Below are positions 54,551 to 64,000 of a stretch of DNA of 64,000 nt, in pieces. The position numbers and the translations under genes were made by a program. Origin of the DNA: Nitrospirota bacterium (GTDB taxonomy: Bacteria > Nitrospirota > JACRHJ01); the NCBI GenBank assembly GCA_963845245.1, contig CAWJRJ010000021.1:64001-128000 (forward strand), written 5' to 3'. The notes under the pieces are model-generated. The model was given only the letters and a program-made list of their open reading frames with translations, was not told the DNA's origin and searched no databases. Every line of letters begins with the position of its first letter. Position 1 is the stretch's first letter.

Positions 54551-55552
54551 TTATGCTTCGGCCTCCACCTCCCTGATGCCGGAAAGGCTCAGGTTCTCTC
54601 TGTAAAGGAATACAAATCCGATCAGCGTCACTGGTATGAAATTCGCCGCATGAGCGAGGATTGCAAAACCGAGAGCGGTCTCCTTGTCCAGGCCGAGTAG
54701 CATCATCGCGCCAGCCCCTGCTGCCTCGAATGTCCCGACGAAGCCCGGGGTGGAAGGTACGGCCACGCTGAACGCGGTAACTACCAAAAAGAATACGGCG
54801 GCATATGTCCCGAGACCAAGCCCGAAGGACTTGAACAACAGCCAGATGGGCAGGTACAGCGGGGCCCAGTGCAGTGCCGAATAAAATAGTATCAGCGCGA
54901 GCAGTTTTGGGTCTCGGACCACGCCAAGCCCGGTCGCGAACATTCCCGCAAGCTCCGCCGCTTTATCGGCAAGTTTGACAGAAATCGGTGACAATATTGT
55001 AAATATCCATTTTGTAACCGTCTGCGGTTTGTATACGAAAAAGGCCAGTACCACAATTGCGATGGCGTACAACCCAAGTGCGACCATCCCGGTGTGTCTG
55101 AACGTGCCGGCGAGGCTTCCGCCCGCAATATCCTTAGGCATATATGCGAGGACGACCACCAGCAGGAGCAGTACCGACATGGAGTCGAACAGCCGCTCCA
55201 CGACGATCGTGGCGAATACGGAGCTTTTGGGGATGTCCTCCCTGCGGGCCAGCGCATACGCCCGCACGAACTCGCCAAGCCTGGCCGGGAGGACGTTATT
55301 TGCCATGAACCCGATCATCGTAGCCGAGAGAAGGTTCAGCAGGGAGACATCCTTTTTGACCGGTTCCATGAGGTAACGCCACCTGACGGTCCTGACGAGG
55401 AAGAACGCGAGGTTTACGACAGCCGCCGCCGCAACGAGCCATGGGTTGGCGGACTTTATCACCGTCCAGAGACGGTTGAAATCTATTTTTGAGAAGAGGA
55501 ACACCAGGAGGCCTGCGCTTACAGCCATGCCGATCCAGAATTTAAGCTTCAA
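54551..55552 (-). CDS. Lysylphosphatidylglycerol synthase TM-domain (UPF0104) flippase-like protein
   Basis: RTVRW..IGFMANNVLPARLGEFVR..ATIVVERLFD..PSTPGFVGTFE. Confidence 0.88.
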   Translation of the reverse strand: MKLKFWIGMAVSAGLLVFLFSKIDFNRLWTVIKSANPWLVAAAAVVNLAFFLVRTVRWRYLMEPVKKDVSLLNLLSATMIGFMANNVLPARLGEFVRAYALARREDIPKSSVFATIVVERLFDSMSVLLLLVVVLAYMPKDIAGGSLAGTFRHTGMVALGLYAIAIVVLAFFVYKPQTVTKWIFTILSPISVKLADKAAELAGMFATGLGVVRDPKLLALILFYSALHWAPLYLPIWLLFKSFGLGLGTYAAVFFLVVTAFSVAVPSTPGFVGTFEAAGAGAMMLLGLDKETALGFAILAHAANFIPVTLIGFVFLYRENLSLSGIREVEAEA

Positions 55553-55564
55553 TTTTTCTCCGCA

Positions 55565-56488
55565 TCAGTACAGGATCGCCTTTACCCGCTCAACGTCCTT
55601 CTTTATCTGCTCCGCGAGCTCGGCCGCGTCCTTGAACCTCACTTCGTCGCGTACCCTCTTTATGAACTTCATCTTCAGGAATTTGCCATAAAGGTCGCCT
55701 TCAAAATCAAAAAGGTGTACCTCATAAGATGACGTCGCGTCGGAGAACGTCGGGTTTTTGCCGATGTTTGCAGCCCCCTTGTAGTCCTTGCCTTCAATGA
55801 GTACCGAGACTGCATAGACGCCTTCCTTGGGGGGAAGCTCATTGGGAGTCGTGATGTTTGCTGTGGGGAAGCCCAGCGTGCGCCCCCGGGAGTGGCCGGC
55901 TATTACCGTGCCCTCGATGGAATATGGCCGACCGAGGAGCTTGGAGGCCAGGCAGACCTCTCCGTCCACGATAAGCTGGCGTATCTTTGTGGAAGATACG
56001 ACTATCCCTTCTACCTTGACCGGCCCTATGACATGCAGCTCGAAGCCTAACCGCGCGCCAGCATCCCGCAGGAACGGTATGTCGCCCTTGCGGTTTTTGC
56101 CGAATGCGTAGTCGTGCCCGACGAAAAGGGCCTTGACCCCGAGCGTGTCCACCAGCACTTCTTTAACAAAGTCTTCCGGGTTCTGGGATGCGAACTCGGG
56201 TGTGAAGTTTGCGCAGATGACCGCGTCCATGCCGGAGGCCTCTATCTGCTCCATCTTCTCCCTGAATGTGGAGAGGAGCTTGGGCGAGCGCTGGGGCGCA
56301 AGGACCTTGAGCGGGTGAGGCTCGAAGGTGAAGACGGCTGACGTGCCGCCGGTGGAGAGCGCCCAGGCCACAACCTGTTTGAAAATCGCCTGATGTCCCA
56401 GGTGAACCCCGTCGAAGTTGCCCAGAGTGACCACCGGGTCTTTCATGGGGGTCTTCTTGATATCCTTTAGCCCCCGGATAATCTTCAT
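55565..56488 (-). CDS. ribF: Bifunctional riboflavin kinase / FAD synthetase
   Basis: LGNFDGVHLGHQ, TFEPHP, VSSTKIR, GRTLGFPTAN, GKNPTF. Confidence 0.96.
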   Translation of the reverse strand: MKIIRGLKDIKKTPMKDPVVTLGNFDGVHLGHQAIFKQVVAWALSTGGTSAVFTFEPHPLKVLAPQRSPKLLSTFREKMEQIEASGMDAVICANFTPEFASQNPEDFVKEVLVDTLGVKALFVGHDYAFGKNRKGDIPFLRDAGARLGFELHVIGPVKVEGIVVSSTKIRQLIVDGEVCLASKLLGRPYSIEGTVIAGHSRGRTLGFPTANITTPNELPPKEGVYAVSVLIEGKDYKGAANIGKNPTFSDATSSYEVHLFDFEGDLYGKFLKMKFIKRVRDEVRFKDAAELAEQIKKDVERVKAILY

Positions 56489-56589
56489 GAAATGCCTTTC
56501 TCCCAGGATATAAAAAGCCCCTACAAATGCAAAATTTTGTCACAACGGCCCATTGCTTGTCAACAGAATAAGGCTCGCCCGGTTTTTTC

Positions 56590-56618
56590 TTGACAGCCAA
56601 AGAGCATGAAGCTAATAT
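56590..56618 (+). promoter_or_regulatory. Sigma70-type promoter for the rpiB-glyA operon
   Basis: TTGACA-17 bp-TAATAT. Confidence 0.6.
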
Positions 56619-56671
56619 ATCTACTCTGCTTTTCCTGTTTAATACACTACTATATATGGAAGGTTCTGGCG

Positions 56672-57118
56672 ATGAAAATAGCATTGGGCTGCGACCACGG
56701 CGGGCTTGAACTCAAAAACGCGATAGAAGCCGTCCTCAAGTCTCTGGATATCGAGGTGGTGGACATGGGGACGATGAGTGAGGAGTCGGTGGACTACCCC
56801 GACTTCGCGTCCAAGGTGGCCGAGTCCGTCTCGGAGGGCAAAACCGACAGGGGTATCGCGATATGCGGGACCGGTATAGGGATGTCCATCGTCGCCAACA
56901 AATACCACGGCGTCAGGGCGGCGCTGTGCCATGACAGCTATACAGCCAGGATGTCCAGGCTCCATAACGACGCCAACATCCTAGTGCTGGGAGGACGGGT
57001 CATCGGCACGGAAGTGGCCATAGAGCTTCTTAAACAGTGGCTCGCCACCCAGTTCGAGGGCGGAAGGCACCAGAAGAGGCTTGAGAAGATAAGCGAGATA
57101 GAAAAGAAGGTCTGCTGA
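56672..57118 (+). CDS. rpiB: Ribose-5-phosphate isomerase B
   Basis: [41 protein letters not shown]. Confidence 0.96.
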   Translation: MKIALGCDHGGLELKNAIEAVLKSLDIEVVDMGTMSEESVDYPDFASKVAESVSEGKTDRGIAICGTGIGMSIVANKYHGVRAALCHDSYTARMSRLHNDANILVLGGRVIGTEVAIELLKQWLATQFEGGRHQKRLEKISEIEKKVC

Positions 57119-57169
57119 GACCGTAATTGAAGGCCATAAATAGTAAGATCGTTGAAAGGGTAACAACAG

Positions 57170-58432
57170 ATGAGTGCACTCAGGCAGTCGGACCCGGAGG
57201 TCTGGCAGGCGATAGAAGACGAGAAGAAGCGTGAAAGCGAGAAGATAGTCCTCATAGCATCCGAGAACTATGCCTCGCAGGCCGTGCTGGAGGCCCAGGG
57301 TTCGGTACTGACCAACAAATACGCTGAAGGGTACCCCGGACATCGCTACTACGGCGGCTGCGATTTTGCGGATGCGGTGGAGGAGCTGGCCATAAACCGC
57401 GCCAAAGAGCTGTTCGGCATGGAATACGTCAACGTCCAGCCCCACTCCGGCTCCCAGGCCAACATGGCGGTATACTTTTCGGCCCTCAAGCCCGGCGACA
57501 CGATACTGGGCATGAAGCTTACGCACGGTGGGCACCTGACGCATGGCGCGACGGTGAGCTTCTCCGGCAACCTGTACAACTCCGTCTCCTACGGCGTTCG
57601 CCGCGAGGATAGCTATATAGACTACGATGAGGTGGCCTCGCTCGCAAAAGAGCACAACCCGAAGATGATAGTCGTCGGGGCTTCCGCATACCCGAGGATC
57701 ATAGACTTCAAGAAGTTCAGGGAGATAGCCGACTCGGTCGGCGCGCTCCTGATGGCCGACATGGCCCATATCGCGGGCCTGGTAGCCGGTGGCCAGCACC
57801 CGAGCCCGGCGCCCTACGCCGACTTCGTGACGTCCACCACCCACAAGACCCTCAGGGGGCCAAGGGGCGGCATGATCATGACTACGCGCCGCGAGTTGGC
57901 AAAGGCGGTCGACAAGGTCATATTCCCCGGCATCCAGGGCGGGCCGCTCATGCACGTCATTGCGGCAAAGGCAGTCGCCTTTAAAGAAGCAATGGAGCCG
58001 GAGTTTAAGGTTTATCAGGCGCAGGTCGTGAAAAACGCCTCCACGCTTGCGGGTGAGCTGGCATCAAGGGGCTTCAAACTGGTCTCGGGCGGTACAGAGA
58101 ACCACCTCATGCTGCTGGACCTTACAGGCAAGGGCGTCACCGGCCACGAGGCGGAGACCGCGCTGGACATTGCCGGTATCACAGTGAACAAGAACGGCAT
58201 ACCGTTCGACGAAAAGCCCCCAACCGTTACTTCGGGGATAAGGATCGGCACGCCCATCGTCACGACCCGCGGTATGAGGGAGCCTGAGATGGCACTAATA
58301 GCCGAGATGATCGCGGACGTGATACATGACATCAAGGACGCCGCAGTCCTCTCCCGTGTCCGTGAGAGGGCGGAAACCCTTGCGCTCAAGTTCCCGGTTT
58401 ACCAGGGCTTAGAGACTTCTGCTGGATTTTAA
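57170..58432 (+). CDS. glyA: Serine hydroxymethyltransferase
   Basis: [45 protein letters not shown]. Confidence 0.98.
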   Translation: MSALRQSDPEVWQAIEDEKKRESEKIVLIASENYASQAVLEAQGSVLTNKYAEGYPGHRYYGGCDFADAVEELAINRAKELFGMEYVNVQPHSGSQANMAVYFSALKPGDTILGMKLTHGGHLTHGATVSFSGNLYNSVSYGVRREDSYIDYDEVASLAKEHNPKMIVVGASAYPRIIDFKKFREIADSVGALLMADMAHIAGLVAGGQHPSPAPYADFVTSTTHKTLRGPRGGMIMTTRRELAKAVDKVIFPGIQGGPLMHVIAAKAVAFKEAMEPEFKVYQAQVVKNASTLAGELASRGFKLVSGGTENHLMLLDLTGKGVTGHEAETALDIAGITVNKNGIPFDEKPPTVTSGIRIGTPIVTTRGMREPEMALIAEMIADVIHDIKDAAVLSRVRERAETLALKFPVYQGLETSAGF

Positions 58433-58445
58433 TGAAAGGCCTGAA

Positions 58446-58910
58446 ATGACCAGACCCAGCTGGGACGAGTACTTCATGGATATCGCCCACCTGGTCAAGA
58501 AGCGTTCCACCTGCCTGAGACGGCAGGTAGGGGCCGTCCTGGCCAAGGACAAGAATATCCTGGCCACCGGCTACAACGGCCCGCCATCCGGAACAGCCCA
58601 CTGCATAGACGCGGGGTGCCTCAGGGAGAAGCTGGGTATACCGTCTGGCGAGCGGCATGAGATATGCCGTGGGCTTCACGCCGAACAAAACGCCATAATA
58701 CAGGCCGCCAAACATGGTACGGGCATAAAGGACTCCGTCCTGTACTGCACCAACCTGCCATGCGTGATCTGCTCAAAGATGATCATCAACGCCGGTATAA
58801 AAAAGATTATCTATGACGACGGTTACCCTGACAAGCTGGGCGAGGAGATGCTTGCCGAGGCGGGCGTGTTGCTCTTAAAGTTCGAACGGGATTCGAGGGG
58901 TTCAACATGA
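58446..58910 (+). CDS. dCMP deaminase family protein (ComEB-like)
   Basis: [33 protein letters not shown]. Confidence 0.92.
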   Translation: MTRPSWDEYFMDIAHLVKKRSTCLRRQVGAVLAKDKNILATGYNGPPSGTAHCIDAGCLREKLGIPSGERHEICRGLHAEQNAIIQAAKHGTGIKDSVLYCTNLPCVICSKMIINAGIKKIIYDDGYPDKLGEEMLAEAGVLLLKFERDSRGST

Positions 58911-59374
58911 AATGTCCGTTTTGCGGGCATATAGAAGACAAGGTAGTGGATTCAAGGCTCTCCACCGACGCAGAGACGATCAGGAGGCGCCGGGAGTGCG
59001 AGAAATGCGGCAGGCGCTTCACCAGCTACGAGCGGGTGGAGGAGATCATGCCTATGGTGGTAAAGAAGGACGGGCGCAGGGAGCCTTTCGACCGTCTGAA
59101 GGTGCTATCCGGCCTGAAGAAGGCCTGCGAAAAACGCGCCGTCTCGATGGACACCCTGGCAAATGTCGTGGATGAGATAGAAAAGAAGCTCCTTGAAGGG
59201 GCTCAGAAAGAGATATCGTCAAGCGCGGTGGGCGAAGAGATCATGCGTAACCTTCAGGAGTTGGACAAGGTCGCGTACGTGCGTTTCGCCTCGGTCTACC
59301 GCGACTTCAAGGACATAGACGAGTTCGTAAAAGAGCTTGCAGGCCTTCTGGGCCAGGAGAAGAAAAAGCGTTGA
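58907..59374 (+). CDS. nrdR: Transcriptional repressor NrdR
   Basis: [37 protein letters not shown]. Confidence 0.97.
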   Translation: MKCPFCGHIEDKVVDSRLSTDAETIRRRRECEKCGRRFTSYERVEEIMPMVVKKDGRREPFDRLKVLSGLKKACEKRAVSMDTLANVVDEIEKKLLEGAQKEISSSAVGEEIMRNLQELDKVAYVRFASVYRDFKDIDEFVKELAGLLGQEKKKR

Positions 59375-60765
59375 AGGGTGCGGGTTTCAAAGGCGGAGTA
59401 CATCCGCCCGACAACAAGAAGGCGACTGCCGCATTGCAGGTGCAGGATGCGAGGCTTCCCGATAGAGTAGTCATACCCATGGCCCAGCATATAGGCGCGC
59501 CAGCCCAGCCGCTTGTCAAGGTGGGCGATGTCGTAAAGAAGGGCCAGAAGATAGGCGAGGCGCAGGGTGCGGTCTCCGTGCCGGTGCATGCCTCGTTATC
59601 GGGTAAGGTGGTGGCCGTGGGCGGCTTCCCGTCCCCGATGGGTACCGACGCCCAGGCCGTGGTGATAGAGTCGGACGGGCTGGACGAATGGGCTGACGGA
59701 CTCACGGGCCACGAAGACTACATGTCGATGAGCCCTGGCGACATAAAAGAGATAATAAAAGAGGCCGGGATAGTGGGTATGGGCGGCGCGACGTTCCCGA
59801 CCCATATAAAGCTTTCCCCGCCCAAAGAAAAGAAGATAAAGTACGCCATCTTGAACGGGGCGGAATGCGAGCCCTACCTTACCTCCGACTCCAGGCTGAT
59901 GGAGGAAAACGCGGAGGCGGTGATTGAGGGCCTCAAGATAATAATGAGCGTCCTCAGGGTTACTGAGGGTTTTGTCGGTATCGAGGCGAACAAGCCCGCC
60001 GCCATTAAGCGTATGGCTGAGGAAGCCGGCAAGGTCGCCTGTGAGCTTGTGTTGGAGACCTACTACGACCGCTCAGGGTTGGAGCTTGACGTACCCAAGG
60101 GCTGCCGCATGGGCGTGAAGGTGGTGCCGCTCGAGGTGAAGTATCCCCAAGGCTCCGAGAAGCAGCTGATAAAGGCCGTAACCGGCCTTGAGGTGCCGCC
60201 GGGGTTCCTTCCCATGGACGTGGGCGCGGTCGTGCAGAACGTTGCGACAGCGGCCGCCATATACGAGGCGGTACGCTTTGGCAGGCCGCTTATAGAGCGC
60301 ATCGTCACCGTGACAGGCCCCGGCGTGAAAGAGCCTAAAAACCTCAGGGTGAGGGTAGGGACCCTTTTCGCCGACCTTATAGAGCAGTGCGGCGGAATGA
60401 GCGAAGACGCCTCTAAGGTAATAATGGGCGGCCCCATGATGGGTGTCGCGCAGACGGACCTGATGGTGCCGGTAATAAAGGGCACGTCGGGTGTTGTTGT
60501 GATGACCGGCAAGGATGCGCGAGTCGTTGATTTCGGGCCGTGTATCCGCTGCGGCAGGTGCCTGGATGTCTGCCCGATGGGGCTTAACCCGTCGGTTATC
60601 GGCCAGCTTATAGAGAAGGGCAAGTTCGAGGAGGCCAAAGACTACGGCGTCATGGACTGTTTCGAGTGCGGTTCCTGTTCGTTCGTCTGCCCTTCGAACA
60701 GGCCTATGGTCCAGTTCGCAAAATGGGCCAAACGCGAGCTTGCGAAGAAAAAGGCGAAGGCCTGA
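59371..60765 (+). CDS. rnfC: Rnf electron transport complex subunit C
   Basis: [59 protein letters not shown]. Confidence 0.95.
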   Translation: MKGAGFKGGVHPPDNKKATAALQVQDARLPDRVVIPMAQHIGAPAQPLVKVGDVVKKGQKIGEAQGAVSVPVHASLSGKVVAVGGFPSPMGTDAQAVVIESDGLDEWADGLTGHEDYMSMSPGDIKEIIKEAGIVGMGGATFPTHIKLSPPKEKKIKYAILNGAECEPYLTSDSRLMEENAEAVIEGLKIIMSVLRVTEGFVGIEANKPAAIKRMAEEAGKVACELVLETYYDRSGLELDVPKGCRMGVKVVPLEVKYPQGSEKQLIKAVTGLEVPPGFLPMDVGAVVQNVATAAAIYEAVRFGRPLIERIVTVTGPGVKEPKNLRVRVGTLFADLIEQCGGMSEDASKVIMGGPMMGVAQTDLMVPVIKGTSGVVVMTGKDARVVDFGPCIRCGRCLDVCPMGLNPSVIGQLIEKGKFEEAKDYGVMDCFECGSCSFVCPSNRPMVQFAKWAKRELAKKKAKA

Positions 60766-60802
60766 GTTATAAGTTTTAACCAGTTCTTTTAAAAGGGGTT
60801 TC

Positions 60803-61821
60803 ATGGACACACCGGCCATTCCGCCAAAGGAAACGGCGCCGGCGAAGCCGCGGCTTGCGGCATCGATCGGCCCGCATATCCGTTCGGGCGAGACCGTTGA
60901 AAAGATAATGTGGACAGTGTCGGCGTCCCTCGTTCCGGCAGCCGCACTTTCCGTATATTATTTCGGGATACCGGCGCTTCTGGTCCTGGCCGTGTCCATC
61001 GCCTCATGCGTATTCTTCGAGGCCGCTCACCCAGAAGATCGCGGGTGGCAAGATAACCGCGGGAGACGGGAGCGCATTCCTCACCGGGCTCCTGTTCGGG
61101 ATGAACCTCCCGTCGGGCGTGCCCCTCTATATCCCCGTCGTGGGTTCTGCAGTCGCAATAATAATAACAAAACAGCTTTTCGGCGGTCTCGGGTACAACA
61201 TATTCAACCCGGCCCTCATTGCCCGCGCGTTCGTCGTCGCCGCTTTCCCCAGGCTGATGACCACATGGCCGCTGCCTTCTTCATCCCTGAGTTTCGCTAC
61301 CCTGGATGCAAAAACCGGCGCAACACCCCTTGCAATCCTCAAGGAAGAGGGCTACCAGAAGCTTCTTGAGCATTTCGGGAGCAGCCACAGCATGTATGCA
61401 GCAGATGTTCGTAGGGCACAGGGGAGGCGCGCTCGGGGAGGTCTCTATCGTAGCCCTGCTTCTCGGTGCGGCATACCTCCTTATCAAAAGATATATATCA
61501 TGGCATATACCTGTGAGCTTCATAGCGACTGTGGCCGTCCTGACGTGGGTATTTGGCGGGGACCCGGTCCTTTCCATGTTGTCGGGCGGGCTGGTGCTAG
61601 GCGCGTTCTTCATGGCCACCGATTACGTCACTGTGCCGCAGATCAAGAAGGCGCAGATACTCTTTGGGGTCGGGTGCGGCGCCATAACCGTGCTGATAAG
61701 GCTTAAGGGCGGGTACCCCGAGGGCGTCTGCTATGCGATACTCCTCATGAACTGCTTTACACCGCTTCTGGACCGTGCGCTAAAGACAAGGAAGTTCGGC
61801 GAGGTAAAGGTAAAGGCATGA
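60803..61821 (+). CDS. rnfD: Rnf complex subunit D (two frameshifts)
   Basis: KQLFGGLGYNIFNPAL, TGATPL FMN site, GAFFMATDYVT, GGYPEGVCYAILLMN. Confidence 0.93.
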
Positions 61822-62378
61822 ACGATATCATCAAGGTGACAATAAACCTCGTCCTGATATGCGCAGCCGCAGGGGTAATACTCTCGGCCACCTGGGCCCT
61901 CACAGACCCAGTAAAGATTGCACGTGAGAACGAGGAAAGGGAGCAGGCGCTTAAAGGCCTGATCCCCACCGCCACAAGCATAAAGCCAGTAAAGGATGTG
62001 ACGATTGCCGGCAAGGAAGGCATCATCTACAAGGCCCTGAACGGCGAGAAGACCGAAGGCTACATCGTGTTGAGCTACGGGAAGGGCTATTCCAGCTTCA
62101 TAAAACTCTTGGTAGCTGTGGACGCAAACATGAAGGTCACCGGCATAGACGTCCTCGACCATAAAGAGACACCGGGCCTTGGAGACCAGATAACGAATGA
62201 CTGGTTCAAGGACCGGTTCAAGGGCAAGGGCATTGATAACCTGGTAGTGGTAAAAGGTGAGACGCAGACGGACATACAGGCCATCTCCGGCGCGACTATA
62301 TCTTCAAGGGGCGTGACGAGAGGCGTGAAGGAAGCCGTGGAGATATTACAGAAAGAATTGGAAACAGAGAAGAAATAA
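61818..62378 (+). CDS. rnfG: Rnf complex subunit G
   Basis: HKETPGLG; ISGATISS FMN site. Confidence 0.94.
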   Translation: MNDIIKVTINLVLICAAAGVILSATWALTDPVKIARENEEREQALKGLIPTATSIKPVKDVTIAGKEGIIYKALNGEKTEGYIVLSYGKGYSSFIKLLVAVDANMKVTGIDVLDHKETPGLGDQITNDWFKDRFKGKGIDNLVVVKGETQTDIQAISGATISSRGVTRGVKEAVEILQKELETEKK

Positions 62379-62384
62379 AACCAT

Positions 62385-62470
62385 ACTTTTCTTTCAGGTA
62401 AAAGAAAAGTAATCAAAAGAAAGCCATTATTAAAATTCTTTGGGCCGCATTTCTTTTAAGAAAGGCGGGA
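62385..62470. repeat. AT-rich composite palindromic element, copy 1
   Basis: TACTTTT(T)CTTT-caggta-AAAGAAAAGTA hairpin plus CCGCATTTCTT..AAGAAAGGCGG; related in inverted orientation to 63126-63212. Confidence 0.6.
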
Positions 62471-62481
62471 CTTGGGGCTTC

Positions 62482-63119
62482 ATGACCACGAAAATAAGCT
62501 ATAAAAAACTTATAACAAACGGTATCTTCTCCGAGAACCCGGTGTTCAAGCTTGCGCTCTCGCTCTGCCCGGCGGTGGCCGTCACTACGTCGGTTAAGAA
62601 CGGGTTCCTTATGGGCGTCGCTGTCCTGTTCGTCATGACCATGGTGAACATCACCGTGTCCATCCTCAGGAAGTTCATAAACCCGAAGGTGAGGATACCG
62701 GCCTACATACTCATAATCGCGACATACGTCAGCATGACGGACATGGTCATGGCGGCTTACTCGCGCACGGCATACAAGGAGATGGGCCTGTACATCCAGC
62801 TCATCGTCGTCTTCGCGATCATCATCTCCCGCGCGGAGCTTTTTGCAAGCAAGAACAAGGTCGTCCCGTCCGCGGTGGACGGCATAGGTATGGGGCTTGG
62901 GTTCCTTGGCGCGCTCGTGCTTGTCGGTGCGGTCCGTGAGCTGTTCGGCAAGGGGAGCCTTCTGGGTTTCAACCTGCTCGGCTCAAACCCGCTCCTTATC
63001 ATGGTGCTCCCGACAGGCGGCTTCTTTGTCATCGGGCTTCTGATGGGCCTTTTCAACTGGGTTGAAGGAAGTACTTCGGCGGGACGGGCATGGGTTCCAG
63101 CGGGGGCGGGCACCACTAA
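62482..63119 (+). CDS. rnfE: Rnf complex subunit E (frameshift near 63065)
   Basis: ENPVFKLALSLCPAVAVT, VRIPAYI, VRELFG; shifted end KYFGGTGMGSSGGGHH-stop. Confidence 0.92.
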
Positions 63120-63125
63120 GAGCAA

Positions 63126-63212
63126 CACCGCCACCTTTTTGGAAAAAGGTGAGCGCCAAAAACTTTTAAAATTATAGTTTCTTTGGGTTACTTTCTTTAC
63201 TAAAGAAAGTAA
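63126..63212. repeat. AT-rich composite palindromic element, copy 2 (inverted)
   Basis: CACCTTTTT-gg-AAAAAGGTG plus GTTACTTTCTTT-act-AAAGAAAGTAAC. Confidence 0.6.
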
Positions 63213-63224
63213 CGGAGGGTTTGG

Positions 63225-63810
63225 ATGTTTAAAGACCTGGGCACGATATTTATAGCTTCAGCTATCATAAATAACTTCGTATTCTCCCGCTACCTGGGGT
63301 TATGCATCTTCTTCGGGGTAACCAAGAAGATGGAGACCGCGCTTGGCATGAGCATGACATTCACGGCCGTCATGGTCATTTCCTCCGCGCTCTCCTGGAT
63401 AGTCTATAACCTCGTGATGCTGCCGCTAAACCTTGGGTTCCTCAAAATAGTCCTGTTCATCGGCATCGTCGCGGGCTTCGTGCAGGGGGCGGATACCGTC
63501 CTAAAAAAGCTCAACCCGGCGCTGTACTACAAGCTGGGCATCTACCTCGTGCTCATCACCACCAACTGCATCATACTGGCCGTGCCGGTGATAAGCTCCG
63601 ACGAGAAGTATAACTTCATGCAGGCCCTGACTCTGGGCCTTGGGCTCGGGCGCCGGTTTCTCGCTTGCGCTTATAATCATGGCGAGCATCAGGGAGAGGC
63701 TTGAGCTGGCGAACGTGCCGAAGCCCTTCCAGGGGATGCCGATCGCGTTCATAGTTACAGGCCTTATCGCGCTTGCATTCCTCGGGTTTTCCGGGCTTAT
63801 TGCAGTATAG
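63225..63810 (+). CDS. rnfA: Rnf complex subunit A (frameshift near 63650)
   Basis: NNFVFSRYLGLC, LGIYLVLITTNC; shifted end IRERLELANVPKPFQGMPIAFIVTGLIALAFLGFSGL. Confidence 0.93.
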
Positions 63811-63883
63811 TAATTGTCCAGTGTTTTTGTTATAATAGACCATGCTCCCCCGATACGGGGAATTTGATAATTCAGGAGATTTT

Positions 63884-64000
63884 ATGCAGGAAACGGTTCA
63901 GCCTGATCTCGTTCAGGTGGTGCTGAAAAGCCTCGCCTTCATGGGCACGGTAGGCGCGGTTTTCGGGATCAGCCTCGCGGTGGCGGCAAGGAAGTTCGCG
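63884..64000 (+). CDS. rnfB: N-terminus of probable Rnf complex subunit B (truncated by the window end)
   Basis: AGGAG RBS; ..LAFMGTVGAVFGISLAVAARKFA matches the RnfB N-terminal TM pattern; position after rnfA. Confidence 0.75.
   Translation, partial: MQETVQPDLVQVVLKSLAFMGTVGAVFGISLAVAARKFA

Noticed and set aside
43906..57955. Long opposite-strand ORFs such as 43906-44985, 51594-52217 and 56981-57955
   Set aside because: Shadows of well-supported GC-rich genes, with no recognisable motifs
1..64000. Widespread pseudogenisation or programmed frameshifting
   Set aside because: Single-base indels hit essential genes (rny, nuoGILMN, rnfADE, xseA) without visible in-frame decay or a shared slippery motif; uncorrected long-read error is the simpler explanation

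Overview
Bacterial chromosomal window. Gene content and the zapB-zapA-6S-rny-ymdB-xseA synteny suggest an anaerobic Gram-negative of the Desulfobacterota/Nitrospirota type (inference). Many essential genes are split by single-base indels, which points to uncorrected long-read errors rather than pseudogenes, so frameshifted genes are reported as joined spans. 1-19.5 kb: a tandem cluster of secreted CxxCH/CxxxxCH multiheme cytochromes ending in a ~3,900-aa giant with ~59 potential heme sites and FN3/Ig domains. The cluster carries a 54-nt intergenic RNA hairpin repeated three times, and is followed by an uncalled 19-aa peptide gene (MKIKYTAPKVVASSSVHPC; strong RBS, own terminator), a YVTN-type beta-propeller and a UPF0489-like/TPR lipoprotein. 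19.5-25.5 kb: xseA, ymdB, rny, rarA, 6S RNA, zapA, zapB-like. 25.7-28.9 kb: small lipoprotein, two c6-like cytochromes, ORF6N protein, AT-rich WD40 protein with a CxxCH. 28.9-46.6 kb: complete nuo operon (NuoBCD fusion), interrupted by an antisense FecR-OmpA-CHASE2/HD-GYP cassette and a palindromic element. 46.8-52.3 kb: putative sulfur-trafficking module (YeiH/PSE, periplasmic protein, FadL-like channel, DsrE-like) behind an ANTAR regulator with a visible dual-hairpin attenuator. 52.4-64 kb: GT-C glycosyltransferase, flippase-like protein, ribF, rpiB-glyA-deaminase-nrdR running directly into rnfCDGEAB.
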